Assembly: GCA_018384735.1 (NCBI GenBank)
Contig: JAHAXB010000022.1
Coordinates: 68,087-132,086, forward strand
Length of the DNA: 64,000 nt
Reading direction: 5' to 3'
DNA from: Eubacteriales bacterium
GTDB taxonomy: Bacteria; Bacillota; Clostridia; Christensenellales; UBA1242
The notes under the pieces: generated by a model
Told to the model about the DNA's origin: nothing
Seen by the model: the letters and a program-made list of their open reading frames with translations, nothing else
Database searches by the model: none
Made by a program: the position numbers and the translations under genes
Shown here: positions 20,349-30,369 of the stretch, one piece after another
Position numbering within the stretch: the first letter of the stretch is position 1
Layout of the letters: the number at the start of each line of letters is the position of its first letter

Positions 20349-21746
20349 ATGAATAAAACACGGGCAATTATTAAGTATTGTGTCATTTGTGTGATTGTTG
20401 CTATCGCCGTAGCACTGTGTTTTGTGGAGTTCACTTTCCCGTTTACCAATACCAAATATGTGGGGTGTTATCAAGCCATTAAGAATAAAATGGGTATTGA
20501 TTTGAACGGTGGTGTGTTGGCGGTCTATACCGTTACTCCGTCCGAAAACAGTACAGACCTTGACAACGAAGTTAACGCAACAATTAACCGTATTAAAAAT
20601 ACTTTATCCAAACAAGGTTATTTGGAGTCTACTGTTACGCGTCAGGGCACCAATCCTAATTACAAAATCCGTATTGAAGTTCCGGGTATGAGTAACACCG
20701 AAGATATTATGGATGCAATCGGTACGCCCGCCAATATTGAATTTATGGAACCAACTGCGGACCAATCCGCCGCACAAACTTATGATGCCAATAAAATCTT
20801 TTTAACTGGTGAAGATTTGTCCGGTGTAAAAGTTGTTTCTGATCCGGAAAATGCGGCTAACTACGCCATCCAGTTAAGTTTTACTAATGAAGGCAAAACT
20901 AAATTCCGTGAGAAAGTCAACGATGCCGGCGGACAATATTTGTCAATTTTCTCAAATAAAACTTTGGTTAGCGCGCCAACCATTTCGTCCGATAATGCCA
21001 GCACCCTGGGTTCGGATGGTAAAGTTTTGGTAACTGGTCAATACACTAAAGAGAGCGCTGATTCATTCGCATTACAAATTGAATCCGGTATGTACACGGT
21101 CGGTTTGGATATCAGCCAAATGAGTTACATTCCCGCAACTTTGGGCGAGGGCGCCATCAAAGCCGGTTTAATTGCTTTGGCGATTGGCATGTTAATCATC
21201 TTTGCTTTAATGATTATTATTTACCGCGACTTTGGTTTGCTTGCTAATTTATCTTTGATTATTTACACCGTGATTTTCGTTTTCTTCTTGGCGATTATCG
21301 ATTCGATTCAATTAACTTTGCCTGGTATTGCGGGTATCATCCTGTCAATTGGTATGGCGGTCGATGCTTACATTTTGATTTTTGAACAAATTAAAGAAGA
21401 ATATCGTTCGGGTAAAAATTTTGCCGCTGCGACGCATGCTGGCTTTAATAAATCCATTGTCACAATTTTGGATGCGAACGTCACAACCATTATTGTCAGC
21501 TTGATTTTGTACTTGTTGAGTTCGGGTTCCATTAAAGGTTTCGCGATTACTTTGGCGTTGGGTGTCGGTATTTCGATGTTTGTCGGCTTGGTGATTACTC
21601 GTGCTTTGGCAAAATTGTATTTGTACATCAATCCAGAAAATGCTCATCGCGCCAACATTAAATCCAAACCAAGTGACGAGGCAGTGATTGAAGTTAAACC
21701 GGCTGTTCTGCAAAAACGTAAATTAAACATGGGTGGTGCTAAATGA
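20349..21746 (+). CDS. secD: Protein translocase subunit SecD
   Basis: N-terminal TM, large periplasmic domain and a C-terminal 6-TM block. The ORF-track extension to 20058 is antisense to dapA. ATG 20349 follows TTGTAG-17-TGgTATAAT. Confidence 0.9.
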   Translation: MNKTRAIIKYCVICVIVAIAVALCFVEFTFPFTNTKYVGCYQAIKNKMGIDLNGGVLAVYTVTPSENSTDLDNEVNATINRIKNTLSKQGYLESTVTRQGTNPNYKIRIEVPGMSNTEDIMDAIGTPANIEFMEPTADQSAAQTYDANKIFLTGEDLSGVKVVSDPENAANYAIQLSFTNEGKTKFREKVNDAGGQYLSIFSNKTLVSAPTISSDNASTLGSDGKVLVTGQYTKESADSFALQIESGMYTVGLDISQMSYIPATLGEGAIKAGLIALAIGMLIIFALMIIIYRDFGLLANLSLIIYTVIFVFFLAIIDSIQLTLPGIAGIILSIGMAVDAYILIFEQIKEEYRSGKNFAAATHAGFNKSIVTILDANVTTIIVSLILYLLSSGSIKGFAITLALGVGISMFVGLVITRALAKLYLYINPENAHRANIKSKPSDEAVIEVKPAVLQKRKLNMGGAK

Positions 21747-22672
21747 GATTAGAAGAAAAATTGAGAAACACAAAATTTAATTTCGTCCGCAATGGTCGCT
21801 GGTTCTTTATTGCCCCAGGCGTAATCTTGTTGATTGGAATTATTATGTTAGCAGTTTTAGGTTTCAATCTGGGGTTGGAGTTTACTGGTGGTACCATTGT
21901 TACGGTCAGCGCGGATGGTGCGCATACTAAAACCGAAATCACCGAAAAGATGAGTTCCTATGATGTTAAATACAGTATCAATGAAGAACAAAACACCAGT
22001 GGTGGTACCAATTATTCAATTAAATTCAACGCCACCGATGAGACCGAAGAGATTATTAAGGATTTGCAGACTTATTTCAATACTGAAGATTGGATTTCGA
22101 CTGATACCATCCAGGCCAGTACAACCAGCGAAACAATTCTCGGTGTGTTTTGGTCAATTTTGGCGGCTTTGGCTGGGTTGATTATTTATATGTTAATTCG
22201 CTTTAAGTTTACCGCGGGTATTGCTACCATCTTAGCGTTGGCACACGATGTCTTAATGATTTGTGCTTTAATGGCCATTTTCCAAATTGAAATTAACGCT
22301 TCGTTCATCGCTGCTATCTTGACGGTTATGGCGTACTCAATCAACAACAGTTTGGTTGTCTTTGACCGTGTCCGCAGTTACGAAAAGAACAACACCAATA
22401 ATGACACCGTCGAACAAATTATCAATAGATCAATTACACGTACTTTGGGACGTAGTATCTTGACGGTTGGTACTACTTTGGCCACCTTGATGGTTTTGAC
22501 CATTATCAGCCTTGTCATGAACCTGTCGTCCTTGATTGAATTTGCGTTGCCGATTATCTTTGGTTTGTTTGCGGGTACTTATTCATCCTTGTTCTTGATT
22601 GGACCATTGTATAAACAATTTGAAACTGCACGTCTTTACGCAAAACAACGCAAGATAGTTAAAGCCCAATAA
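21743..22672 (+). CDS. secF: Protein translocase subunit SecF
   Basis: SecF pattern (GLEFTGGT, RSI.TS.TT). ATGA overlap with secD. Confidence 0.9.
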   Translation: MRLEEKLRNTKFNFVRNGRWFFIAPGVILLIGIIMLAVLGFNLGLEFTGGTIVTVSADGAHTKTEITEKMSSYDVKYSINEEQNTSGGTNYSIKFNATDETEEIIKDLQTYFNTEDWISTDTIQASTTSETILGVFWSILAALAGLIIYMLIRFKFTAGIATILALAHDVLMICALMAIFQIEINASFIAAILTVMAYSINNSLVVFDRVRSYEKNNTNNDTVEQIINRSITRTLGRSILTVGTTLATLMVLTIISLVMNLSSLIEFALPIIFGLFAGTYSSLFLIGPLYKQFETARLYAKQRKIVKAQ

Positions 22673-22683
22673 TATATATTGGT

Positions 22684-23592
22684 GTGCCATCTTTAGGGGA
22701 AATTTTAAGCGTTTTAATTGAATTTATCCCGCAAGTATTTTTGCTTTATTTGATTTTGACCGTTCTGGAAAAGAGCGGTCTTTTCAGTCAAATTGCGCGT
22801 GTTTTGCAGATTCCAGTCGCCAATGTTTTGCCAGTATGTCTGAGTTTTAATTGCACAACCATGGCAGTTTGTGCTGCGCGCGACCATCCGCAACGAAAAA
22901 GATTAGTTCATTTTCTCGCTTTGATTCCGTGTACGGCGCAACTGCCGATGTTAACTTTCTTGCTAATTAGCGTTTTACGCTTTCCGTTTTGGTCGATTCT
23001 GGCGGTCTATCTTTTGTGCATCGTGGTTGGCATGATTATGTTGATGTTGGTTCCAAAAATTTCCGCTGAACCTACGCATGAACCGGTTATCCCATTAAAC
23101 TTTCCGCATTTAGGGCAGTGTTTGTGGGATACAATTTGCCAAACATTGGTTTTTATGAAAAAGATTTTGGTTGCCTTTGCGGTCAGCGCATTCGTGATTG
23201 TCTTCTTGGCGCGTTTTTCGTTTGAATTTAAGTTTGTACAAGATTCCCAACAATCCATATTGTTTGCGATATGTGGCGTTTTTGCGCCGTTATTTGCACC
23301 GATTGGATTAAACCATCCCGTTTTGATTTGTGCCTTGTTATTTGGCTTAATTGCCAAGGAATCCGCTGTTTCTGTGTTGTTATTTTTTCCGCAAGTAGTC
23401 AACACTTTGCCCGTACCTGTTATTTTATCTTTGGTAACATTTTTCGTTTTTTATCCCAAATGTTTGGCGGCACAGACTGCCATTCAGCAGCATTGTGGTC
23501 GCCGCACCGGTGTTAAAGTCTTCCTTGTCAATTTGTTGCTTGCTTATAGTTTAAGTTTTGTTGTATATACTGTATGTGGAATCTTTATCTGA
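22684..23592 (+). CDS. FeoB-like membrane (Gate/FeoB_C) domain protein without GTPase domain
   Basis: LEKSGLFSQIARV...LSFNCTTMAVCAARD...LIPCTAQLP resembles the FeoB permease core LEDSGYM...GFGCNVPAIMATR...MSCSARLP. No G domain in this ORF or upstream. GTG start. Confidence 0.6.
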   Translation: MPSLGEILSVLIEFIPQVFLLYLILTVLEKSGLFSQIARVLQIPVANVLPVCLSFNCTTMAVCAARDHPQRKRLVHFLALIPCTAQLPMLTFLLISVLRFPFWSILAVYLLCIVVGMIMLMLVPKISAEPTHEPVIPLNFPHLGQCLWDTICQTLVFMKKILVAFAVSAFVIVFLARFSFEFKFVQDSQQSILFAICGVFAPLFAPIGLNHPVLICALLFGLIAKESAVSVLLFFPQVVNTLPVPVILSLVTFFVFYPKCLAAQTAIQQHCGRRTGVKVFLVNLLLAYSLSFVVYTVCGIFI

Positions 23593-24610
23593 TTATGATT
23601 ATGACCTACCGGAAAGTATGATTGCTTCGGCACCAATGGAACCGCGCGATGCGTGCAAAATGCTGATTTACCATCATGACAGCGGTGCGACGCAAATTGC
23701 GCAATTCAAAGACATTTTGTCCGAATTAAAAAGTGGCGACGTGGTGGTTATCAATGAAACCCGTGTGATTCCGGCGCGCTTGATGGGGAAGAAAACTACT
23801 GGCGCCGTAATTGAAATTTTATTATTAAAGAAACTTGATTTGACCAATTATGAAGTTTTGGTCAAACCATTGCGTCGTTTGAAAACCGGCGATAAGGTTG
23901 ATATTGCGGGAAAAATCCAAGCGACTTTGGTTAGTAAAAACCCCGAAGACGGAACCGCCATCATGAGTTTGGCTTGTGTTGGTGGTGCGCAAAATTTAGA
24001 GGCGGTAATTGCCGAAGTCGGCGAAATTCCGTTACCACATTACATCCAAAATGGTCACGCTACTAAGGAAAACTACAACACGGTTTACGCAAAAATCGAT
24101 GGCAGTGCGGCTGCGCCAACCGCAGGGTTACATTGGACCAAAGAATTAATGGCGGCAGCTAAAGCCAAAGGCGTGATTTTTGCTCCGGTCGTGCTGGATG
24201 TTGGCTTGGGAACTTTCCGTCCGGTCAAGGTCGATGACATCACTAAACATGTCATGCACACGGAACGTTACCAAATTTCGGACGCAACTGCGCAAATTAT
24301 TAACGATGCGTTAAAGGACGGACGCCGAATTATTGCGACTGGTACGACCAGTTTACGTACTTTGGAGGGGTGTTACGCTAAATACGGTTGCATTAAAGCT
24401 GTTACCGACGCAACCGATATCTTCATTTATCCGCCGTATCAATTCAAAGTCATCTCGGCACTGATTACCAACTTTCATTTGCCAAAGTCGACTTTGTTAA
24501 TGTTGGTCTCCGCGTTGGTCGGTCGTGAAAAGATTTTGGAACTTTACGAAATGGCTAAACAAAACAATTTCCGTTTCTATTCGTTTGGTGATTGTATGTT
24601 TTTGCAGTAA
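23576..24610 (+). CDS. queA: S-adenosylmethionine:tRNA ribosyltransferase-isomerase QueA
   Basis: LSDYDYDLPESMIASAP N-terminus, TTSLRTLE, NFHLPKSTLLMLVSA. GTG 23576 preferred (TTG 23558 possible). Confidence 0.9.
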   Translation: MESLSDYDYDLPESMIASAPMEPRDACKMLIYHHDSGATQIAQFKDILSELKSGDVVVINETRVIPARLMGKKTTGAVIEILLLKKLDLTNYEVLVKPLRRLKTGDKVDIAGKIQATLVSKNPEDGTAIMSLACVGGAQNLEAVIAEVGEIPLPHYIQNGHATKENYNTVYAKIDGSAAAPTAGLHWTKELMAAAKAKGVIFAPVVLDVGLGTFRPVKVDDITKHVMHTERYQISDATAQIINDALKDGRRIIATGTTSLRTLEGCYAKYGCIKAVTDATDIFIYPPYQFKVISALITNFHLPKSTLLMLVSALVGREKILELYEMAKQNNFRFYSFGDCMFLQ

Positions 24611-24619
24611 ACTGTTGAT

Positions 24620-25189
24620 ATGAATGCAAAGGAAGAATTTATTTCAATTTATCAAAAGAATATTAAACGCGCTGGTGCCGACAAACTTTTGGCATGGTTG
24701 GAAACGACGGATTTTTTTACTTGTCCGGCGTCAACTAAGTTTCACAGTAATTTTGAGGGTGGACTAGTTGAACACTCGGTCAAGGTTTACCAACGTTTGA
24801 AAAAATTGGTCACGGCCGAACAAATGAAGGTCAGCGAAGAAACTATTGCCGTCACCGCTTTATTGCACGATATCTGTAAAGCCAACACCTATAAAGTTGA
24901 TTTCCGTAATGTTAAGCGCGATGATAAATGGGTCAAAGAACCATTTTACACGGTCGATGACCAGTTGCCGTACGGACATGGCGAAAAATCCGTCTATATT
25001 ATTTCCGGCTTTATGAAATTAACCCGTGAAGAAGCCATGGCAATTAACTGGCACATGGGACCTTACGATACCCGTGTGATGGGTGGCAGTTTCGCACTTT
25101 CCGAAGCATTCAAAAGATTTCCGTTTAGTTTGTTGACATTCATGGCCGATATCGGCAGTTCCTACTTGGACGAAACCATTAAAAAATAA
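24620..25189 (+). CDS. HD-domain hydrolase
   Basis: H...HD motif (LVEHS, ALLHDICKA). 189 aa. Confidence 0.8.
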   Translation: MNAKEEFISIYQKNIKRAGADKLLAWLETTDFFTCPASTKFHSNFEGGLVEHSVKVYQRLKKLVTAEQMKVSEETIAVTALLHDICKANTYKVDFRNVKRDDKWVKEPFYTVDDQLPYGHGEKSVYIISGFMKLTREEAMAINWHMGPYDTRVMGGSFALSEAFKRFPFSLLTFMADIGSSYLDETIKK

Positions 25190-26212
25190 TTACAATTTCA
25201 CCATGTCGGCGGCTTTGATGCGAATGTCATCGCTGATGGCAGCGTAGTGTTTCTTGGTCGTGTTAATGTCTTTATGACCCAAAACATCGGCTACCACATA
25301 AATATCGTTGGTCGCTTTGTAAAGATTGGTACCGTAAGTTGAACGCAACTTGTGCGGGCTAATCTTTTTTAATGGTGCCGCGACTTTGGCGTATTTTTTA
25401 ACAATGTTTTCGACCGAACGTACAGTTAAACGGTGTCCGCACTTAGTAAACAACGGAGTATTGGGTTTCCATTCTCCTTCGTTAAAGTAAATCGCAAAGC
25501 GGTCATGTAATTGTTGACCCATGTGTAAAATGGTTTGCTTGCCACCTTTGCGGGTGACTAAGAAAGTTTTGTTGACTAAATCAATATCTTGGTAATCCAA
25601 TCCGACCAGTTCGCTAACACGGATGCCGGACAGTAGAAACAAAGTAATTATCATTTCATCACGTGGATTTTCAGCGGCTGCGCTAATCATTTTTTCTACT
25701 TCTTCATCGGATAAACGAATAATACTTTTTTCGTAAACTTTGGGTAAATCAATTTTGGTCATAATGTTTTCTTGCAAATCGCCACGGCGGTAAAAGTATT
25801 TAAAGAACGAACGCAGGGCTGCCATCTTGCGCATTTTTCCGCGCTCGCCATTCAAATGGTCGGCACCATCTTTTTTGTAATGACTTAAAAACGACATGTA
25901 AAGTTCTAAATCGTCAATCGTGATTTTGTTTAAATCGGTTTTTTCAAAGTCCGCCATTTGGTAGTTATGGAACTGGTCAGTTTCGGTAATCAAAAAGTTA
26001 AAAAAGATTTCCAAATCGCGGGCGTATCCTAAACGCGTTAGCGGGGAAGTGACCTGCTCAATGCCCAAAAAGAAAGCGTTACAAAATGTGGGTAAATTTT
26101 CCAGCACGCGATTTAATTGTTCGGTGTTGTAAATATCGCGCTCGGTTACATATTTCATCAATACATTTTGACATAAAAATGAAAAATTTTCCATCACTTT
26201 TTGCTTCGTCAC
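25190..26212 (-). CDS. Tyrosine site-specific recombinase (XerC/XerD family)
   Basis: Catalytic R (GIRVSEL), HKLRSTY (HxxR), LGHKDINTTKKHY (H/Y). No flanking repeats or phage genes seen. Confidence 0.85.
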   Translation of the reverse strand: MTKQKVMENFSFLCQNVLMKYVTERDIYNTEQLNRVLENLPTFCNAFFLGIEQVTSPLTRLGYARDLEIFFNFLITETDQFHNYQMADFEKTDLNKITIDDLELYMSFLSHYKKDGADHLNGERGKMRKMAALRSFFKYFYRRGDLQENIMTKIDLPKVYEKSIIRLSDEEVEKMISAAAENPRDEMIITLFLLSGIRVSELVGLDYQDIDLVNKTFLVTRKGGKQTILHMGQQLHDRFAIYFNEGEWKPNTPLFTKCGHRLTVRSVENIVKKYAKVAAPLKKISPHKLRSTYGTNLYKATNDIYVVADVLGHKDINTTKKHYAAISDDIRIKAADMVKL

Positions 26213-26230
26213 GGTTTTACATAATTTGAT

Positions 26231-26785
26231 TTGATTAGCATAAATCCGCCACTGAAAACATATTTATCATATTGCATGGCAACAATTTTAACCTTTGCAT
26301 TCGCTTTTGGGTCGGCAATGTATGCTTTTTCCAATAAGTATTTATTAGTTTTGGTCGTTTTGTTGTTTTATATCATCTTGCAAAGGTTGTTGCATTGGCA
26401 CCGTCGCCAAAAATTTTTACACCAAACTATGATTAAGCAGGGTGGGAAAAGTTTCCGGCTAAATGGTTTGCTGGATTCAGGGAACGCTTTGATGGACCCA
26501 GTTTCCCAACAACCAGTATCAATTATATCGTTACCTGTATTTTTAAAAATGTTTCCGGAAATTTCGGCGGAACAAATTGTTTTTAATCAGTTAGATGCTT
26601 GTGTTACAGGTCATTACATTGATTGTCAAACTGTCAACGGTAAAGGTCAAGTATTCGTTTTTGCGCCGGATAAAATGCAAATTGACGGCACTACGGTTAA
26701 CGGCTTATTGGGTGTTAGTACACAAAATTTTGGTCATCAAAAATATGATGCCATCTTAAATATAAAATTAGGGGGATTATTATGA
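26231..26785 (+). CDS. spoIIGA: Sigma-E processing aspartic protease SpoIIGA, unusually short (169-184 aa)
   Basis: [12 protein letters not shown] active-site motif. Hydrophobic N-terminus with ~2 TM. Immediately upstream of and overlapping pro-sigE. Alternative start ATG 26276. Confidence 0.75.
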   Translation: MISINPPLKTYLSYCMATILTFAFAFGSAMYAFSNKYLLVLVVLLFYIILQRLLHWHRRQKFLHQTMIKQGGKSFRLNGLLDSGNALMDPVSQQPVSIISLPVFLKMFPEISAEQIVFNQLDACVTGHYIDCQTVNGKGQVFVFAPDKMQIDGTTVNGLLGVSTQNFGHQKYDAILNIKLGGLL

Positions 26786-27504
26786 ATCTAATTGCTAAGG
26801 CGGTCGCACTGTTTAAACAAATTAACTTGATTGAAAATAATTGGGATGATAATGGCATCTTCTTTATTAACGGCACCGAAGCTTTGGAACGCCCTTTACC
26901 CAAAGAGGAAGAGGAACTCTTGTTGCAGGAATTGGACCAAGGTAAGCCCGAAACGCGTCAAAAACTAATTTCGCACAATTTGCGGTTGGTAGTTTATATC
27001 GCTAAAAAATTTGAAAATACTGGCATTGATATTGAAGACTTAATCAGTATCGGTTCGATTGGTCTAATTAAAGCGGTAAACAGTTTTAAATATGATAAAA
27101 ATATTAAACTGGCAACATACAGTAGCCGTTGTATCGAAAATGAAATCTTAATGTATTTGCGTAAAGTACAAAAAACGCGTAGCGATGTGTCCATGGATGA
27201 AGCCATAAACGCGGATAGCGATGGCAGCGAAATTCGACTCGGCGATGTAATTTGCACAACCGAAACCAATGTTGACGACGAATTGGATATGAAAGTTGAA
27301 AAAAATTTATTGTGGTTGGCGGTGGATAAATTATCAATTCGCGAGCAAGAAATCATGCAGTTGCGTTTTGGGCTAGGCGGTGGAAAAGAACGCACGCAAA
27401 AAGAGGTTGCCAATATGTTGGAAATTTCCCAATCATACATTTCCCGTTTGGAAAAAAAAATTCTTAACCGCCTGAAAAAAGAATTTAACAAAATTGACAA
27501 CTAA
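26782..27504 (+). CDS. sigE: Sporulation sigma factor pro-sigma-E
   Basis: ~27-aa pro-sequence then [52 protein letters not shown], region 4 HTH. Follows spoIIGA. Confidence 0.9.
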   Translation: MNLIAKAVALFKQINLIENNWDDNGIFFINGTEALERPLPKEEEELLLQELDQGKPETRQKLISHNLRLVVYIAKKFENTGIDIEDLISIGSIGLIKAVNSFKYDKNIKLATYSSRCIENEILMYLRKVQKTRSDVSMDEAINADSDGSEIRLGDVICTTETNVDDELDMKVEKNLLWLAVDKLSIREQEIMQLRFGLGGGKERTQKEVANMLEISQSYISRLEKKILNRLKKEFNKIDN

Positions 27505-27541
27505 TCTAGACAATAGCAATTGTTTATGGTATCATAATGTG

Positions 27542-28561
27542 ATGAATTTTTTACCTTGGGTGATTGTGTTAGTGCTGATTATAGCATTTTTAACCTTTTG
27601 TTCGTTCTTTAACATGGTGTTATGGATTCGTGCTTTAATTTCCGGTGCTCACATTTCGGTCGGTGAATTGATTTCCATGACCGTTAAAAAATTGGACGCG
27701 CGTAGTATTGTTAATATTTACATTAAAGCTCGTAAGGCCGGAGTTAACATTACCATTGCACAAATTGAAAACCACTTACAAGCACACGGCAACATTGAGT
27801 CTGTGATTAACGCGTTGATTGCGGCACAAAGTGCGAATTTAGAAGAATTGGATTTGAAAACTGCGATTGCGGTCGACCTTTCCGGACGTGATATCAATGA
27901 TGCTGTTAAACACCGCATCATGCCACAAATTATCCAAATCAATAACATTACCGCGATGGCAAAGAACGGTATTGAGGTTTCGGTTAGTGTCAAAGTTACC
28001 GTGCGTGTGAATTTGAAACGCATTATTGGTGGCGCGTTGGAAGAAACCATCATTGCGCGTATCAGTGAAGGTATTATGACCATCATCGGTAATGCTGCTA
28101 CGCATAATGAAATTTTGGAAGCACCAAACATTATTACCAAAACCATTATGGCAAACAAAGATTTGGCTGCGGATACTGCGTTTGACGTTTTGTCTTTGGA
28201 CATCGTAGATATGAAAGTTGGTCGTAACATCGGTGCCGAATTAGAAATTGATAAAGCTGAAGCAGTTAAATACATTAGCCAAGCAGATGCCGAAAAACGT
28301 CGTGCGGAAGCTGTGGCAGCGGAACAGGAAATGCGTGCCTTAACCCAAGAAATGCGCGCACGTGTTGTCGCTGCCGAATCCGAAGTACCAAGAGCGTTGG
28401 CAGGTGCTTTGAAATATGGCAACATTGATGTGAAAGACTACATGAAAATGGAAAATATCCAAAGCGACACTTTAATGCGTAAAGCCTTAAGTGGTGCCGC
28501 TAACTCTGATATGTTAACTCCGGCATTGAATCCGCCGAAGAAAAAAACTAAATTACAATAA
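27542..28561 (+). CDS. floA: Flotillin-like protein FloA (YqfA/UPF0365)
   Basis: N-terminal TM, SGAHISVGELISM..., C-terminal Ala/Glu-rich coiled coil. Synteny with the B. subtilis yqfA region. Confidence 0.85.
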   Translation: MNFLPWVIVLVLIIAFLTFCSFFNMVLWIRALISGAHISVGELISMTVKKLDARSIVNIYIKARKAGVNITIAQIENHLQAHGNIESVINALIAAQSANLEELDLKTAIAVDLSGRDINDAVKHRIMPQIIQINNITAMAKNGIEVSVSVKVTVRVNLKRIIGGALEETIIARISEGIMTIIGNAATHNEILEAPNIITKTIMANKDLAADTAFDVLSLDIVDMKVGRNIGAELEIDKAEAVKYISQADAEKRRAEAVAAEQEMRALTQEMRARVVAAESEVPRALAGALKYGNIDVKDYMKMENIQSDTLMRKALSGAANSDMLTPALNPPKKKTKLQ

Positions 28562-28570
28562 GGAGCACAA

Positions 28571-29023
28571 ATGGCAGAGGGATATCTTGGTTATGTAATT
28601 GCAGCATTGGTCATCCTAGCCGTAGTTTTGGTTGTTTTTCTTTTGGCTGATAAATTTTTAAAACAAGATGGCAGCAAGGTTACCAAAGACAAAAAAACTG
28701 ATGAACCCGCCGTCGAAAAACCAGTGGGAAAAGTTCCGGAAGCCCCGAAATCACCGGTCTTGCAAATTTACAATAGTGAGTTGGCGGACGACTTAAACGA
28801 AATGTTGAAACATACTGACAGCAGTGAAAATTCTCGTTTGAACATTGAAAGCCACCTCGACCGTGAAAGTAACATAAGCCGATACATCCATGAAAAGAAA
28901 TACGAAGGTTTCAATTTTGCTGACGACAACGCGCCGGCAGAGGAAGAAGACCAACCGATGAAATTTACGCGCGAAGATTATAAAAAATTTATGGCACTCA
29001 GTAATATTGACGACCCGAAATAA
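28571..29023 (+). CDS. Hypothetical single-pass membrane protein with acidic tail
   Basis: AAGGAG SD, N-terminal TM (VIAALVILAVVLVVFLL). Occupies the position of yqfB. Confidence 0.6.
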   Translation: MAEGYLGYVIAALVILAVVLVVFLLADKFLKQDGSKVTKDKKTDEPAVEKPVGKVPEAPKSPVLQIYNSELADDLNEMLKHTDSSENSRLNIESHLDRESNISRYIHEKKYEGFNFADDNAPAEEEDQPMKFTREDYKKFMALSNIDDPK

Positions 29024-29035
29024 TTATAAATAGAT

Positions 29036-29251
29036 GTGAAAGATTTTTTTATTCATCAAGATTTGGATAACAAAGTTGTGGTCGGTGGGGTAATGTCGTT
29101 GATGGATTTTGCTGTGGAAAAAATCGTGCTTAGGGTTAAAGGTGGCTTAATTGATGTTTGCGGTAAGGATTTGGTCATTGAAAGATTTGACGAAAATGAA
29201 ATTACCGTCATTGGCAAAATCAGTGGAGTTTTAACCAATGTCACACATTAG
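29036..29251 (+). CDS. yqfC: YabP/YqfC-family sporulation protein
   Basis: 71-aa protein with a YabP-like pattern (KIVLRVKGGLIDVCGKDLVIERF..EITVIGKI). Precedes and overlaps yqfD. Confidence 0.7.
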   Translation: MKDFFIHQDLDNKVVVGGVMSLMDFAVEKIVLRVKGGLIDVCGKDLVIERFDENEITVIGKISGVLTNVTH

Positions 29252-29975
29252 CAATTTCCTTTGTGGCAAGGTCGAATTTCGCGTGCAGGGCTTGCCGCTG
29301 TCATGCTTAAACAAATTGCGACGCTATCATATTCGCAACATAACGGTTGTTGACGATACAACCATTTTCCAAACGGCTTTGGTGCATTGTGCTGCAATTA
29401 AAAAATTAGTTAGTAATTTTGAATATCAAGTTACCGAAAATTACAATTTATTTCGTGGGGTCAATTTTTTGCTGAACCACATGGTTTTGGTGGTTGCGGT
29501 ACTTTTAGCGTTGACCGCGTTCTTTTGGGCTGATATGAAAATTTATCAAGTGCGGGTGCAGTGCAACGACGCTAATTTGGTACCTGCAATTTATGAACAC
29601 CTTAACCAAATCGGTGTGAAAAAGTTTATGCCCAAAAGTCAATTACGCCATTTCGATTTGAGTGCGGATTTAGTGGCAACTTTTGACCATGTTGCGCACG
29701 CGCATGTCCGTGTTTCGGGAAATACTTTGGTTGTTGACTTGGTCACTGCAACCAACCAAACCAAAAAGGTTAAAACCAATATCTACGCACAATATGACGC
29801 CGTAATTAAAGAAATCACTGCGTATAGCGGCACTGCATTGGTCACAGTGGGGGATGTTGTGAAAAAAGGCGATTTATTGGTAACCGATGCTTATCCCGAC
29901 AGCGTGGTCGTGACGGGCGAAGTCGCGTTTACCAATGGCGAACAAATTAGTCGGTTGGTGATTTGGATAATTTAG
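29238..29975 (+). CDS. yqfD: Sporulation protein YqfD (short, 245 aa)
   Basis: GKVEFRVQG, central TM, GTALVTVGDVVKKGDLLV typical of the YqfD family. Confidence 0.7.
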   Translation: MSHISNFLCGKVEFRVQGLPLSCLNKLRRYHIRNITVVDDTTIFQTALVHCAAIKKLVSNFEYQVTENYNLFRGVNFLLNHMVLVVAVLLALTAFFWADMKIYQVRVQCNDANLVPAIYEHLNQIGVKKFMPKSQLRHFDLSADLVATFDHVAHAHVRVSGNTLVVDLVTATNQTKKVKTNIYAQYDAVIKEITAYSGTALVTVGDVVKKGDLLVTDAYPDSVVVTGEVAFTNGEQISRLVIWII

Positions 29976-29991
29976 CGTATACTGTAGCAAC

Positions 29992-30369
29992 ATGGAAGTT
30001 TTAGAAGCAGTGTGTCAAGTGTTAAAGGTTGACCCGAAAACGGTCGAAGTAAATTATGCTTTTGTCAGCCCGCGTGAAATTCATCGTTTGAATTTACAGT
30101 TCCGTCAAGTTGACCGACCCACCGATGTTTTATCGTTTCCCGACGGCGACATCAATCCTGAAACCAACCGCCGTTTCATGGGTGATGTTTTGATTTGTCG
30201 TGCGGTTGCTAAGCGTCAAGCCAAAGAACTTGGTCACAGCTTGGCGCGCGAAATTACTTTCTTACAAGTACATGGCACTTTGCACTTATTTGGCTATGAC
30301 CACATCGAACCCGAAGATGAAGTAAAAATGCTTGGACTACAACGCGAAATTATGGCATTATTATCTTGA
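29992..30369 (+). CDS. ybeY: rRNA maturation endoribonuclease YbeY
   Basis: HGTLHLFGYDH zinc motif. Confidence 0.93.
   Translation: MEVLEAVCQVLKVDPKTVEVNYAFVSPREIHRLNLQFRQVDRPTDVLSFPDGDINPETNRRFMGDVLICRAVAKRQAKELGHSLAREITFLQVHGTLHLFGYDHIEPEDEVKMLGLQREIMALLS

Noticed and set aside
24620-26212. Integrase plus HD-domain gene as the edge of a prophage or integrative element.
   Set aside because: There are no flanking direct repeats, no tRNA target, and no phage or conjugation genes. Both sides are core genes (queA, spoIIGA-sigE). The recombinase has a XerC/D-type catalytic signature.
466-28425. Numerous antisense or alternative-frame ORFs of 60-235 aa inside known genes, for example 466-915(-), 13323-13745(-), 12147-12602(-), 26994-27500(-), 27718-28425(-), 38520-38900(-) and 31614-32030(+).
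   Set aside because: They lie fully within strongly supported conserved genes, have biased low-complexity compositions typical of shadow ORFs, and lack start-site signals.
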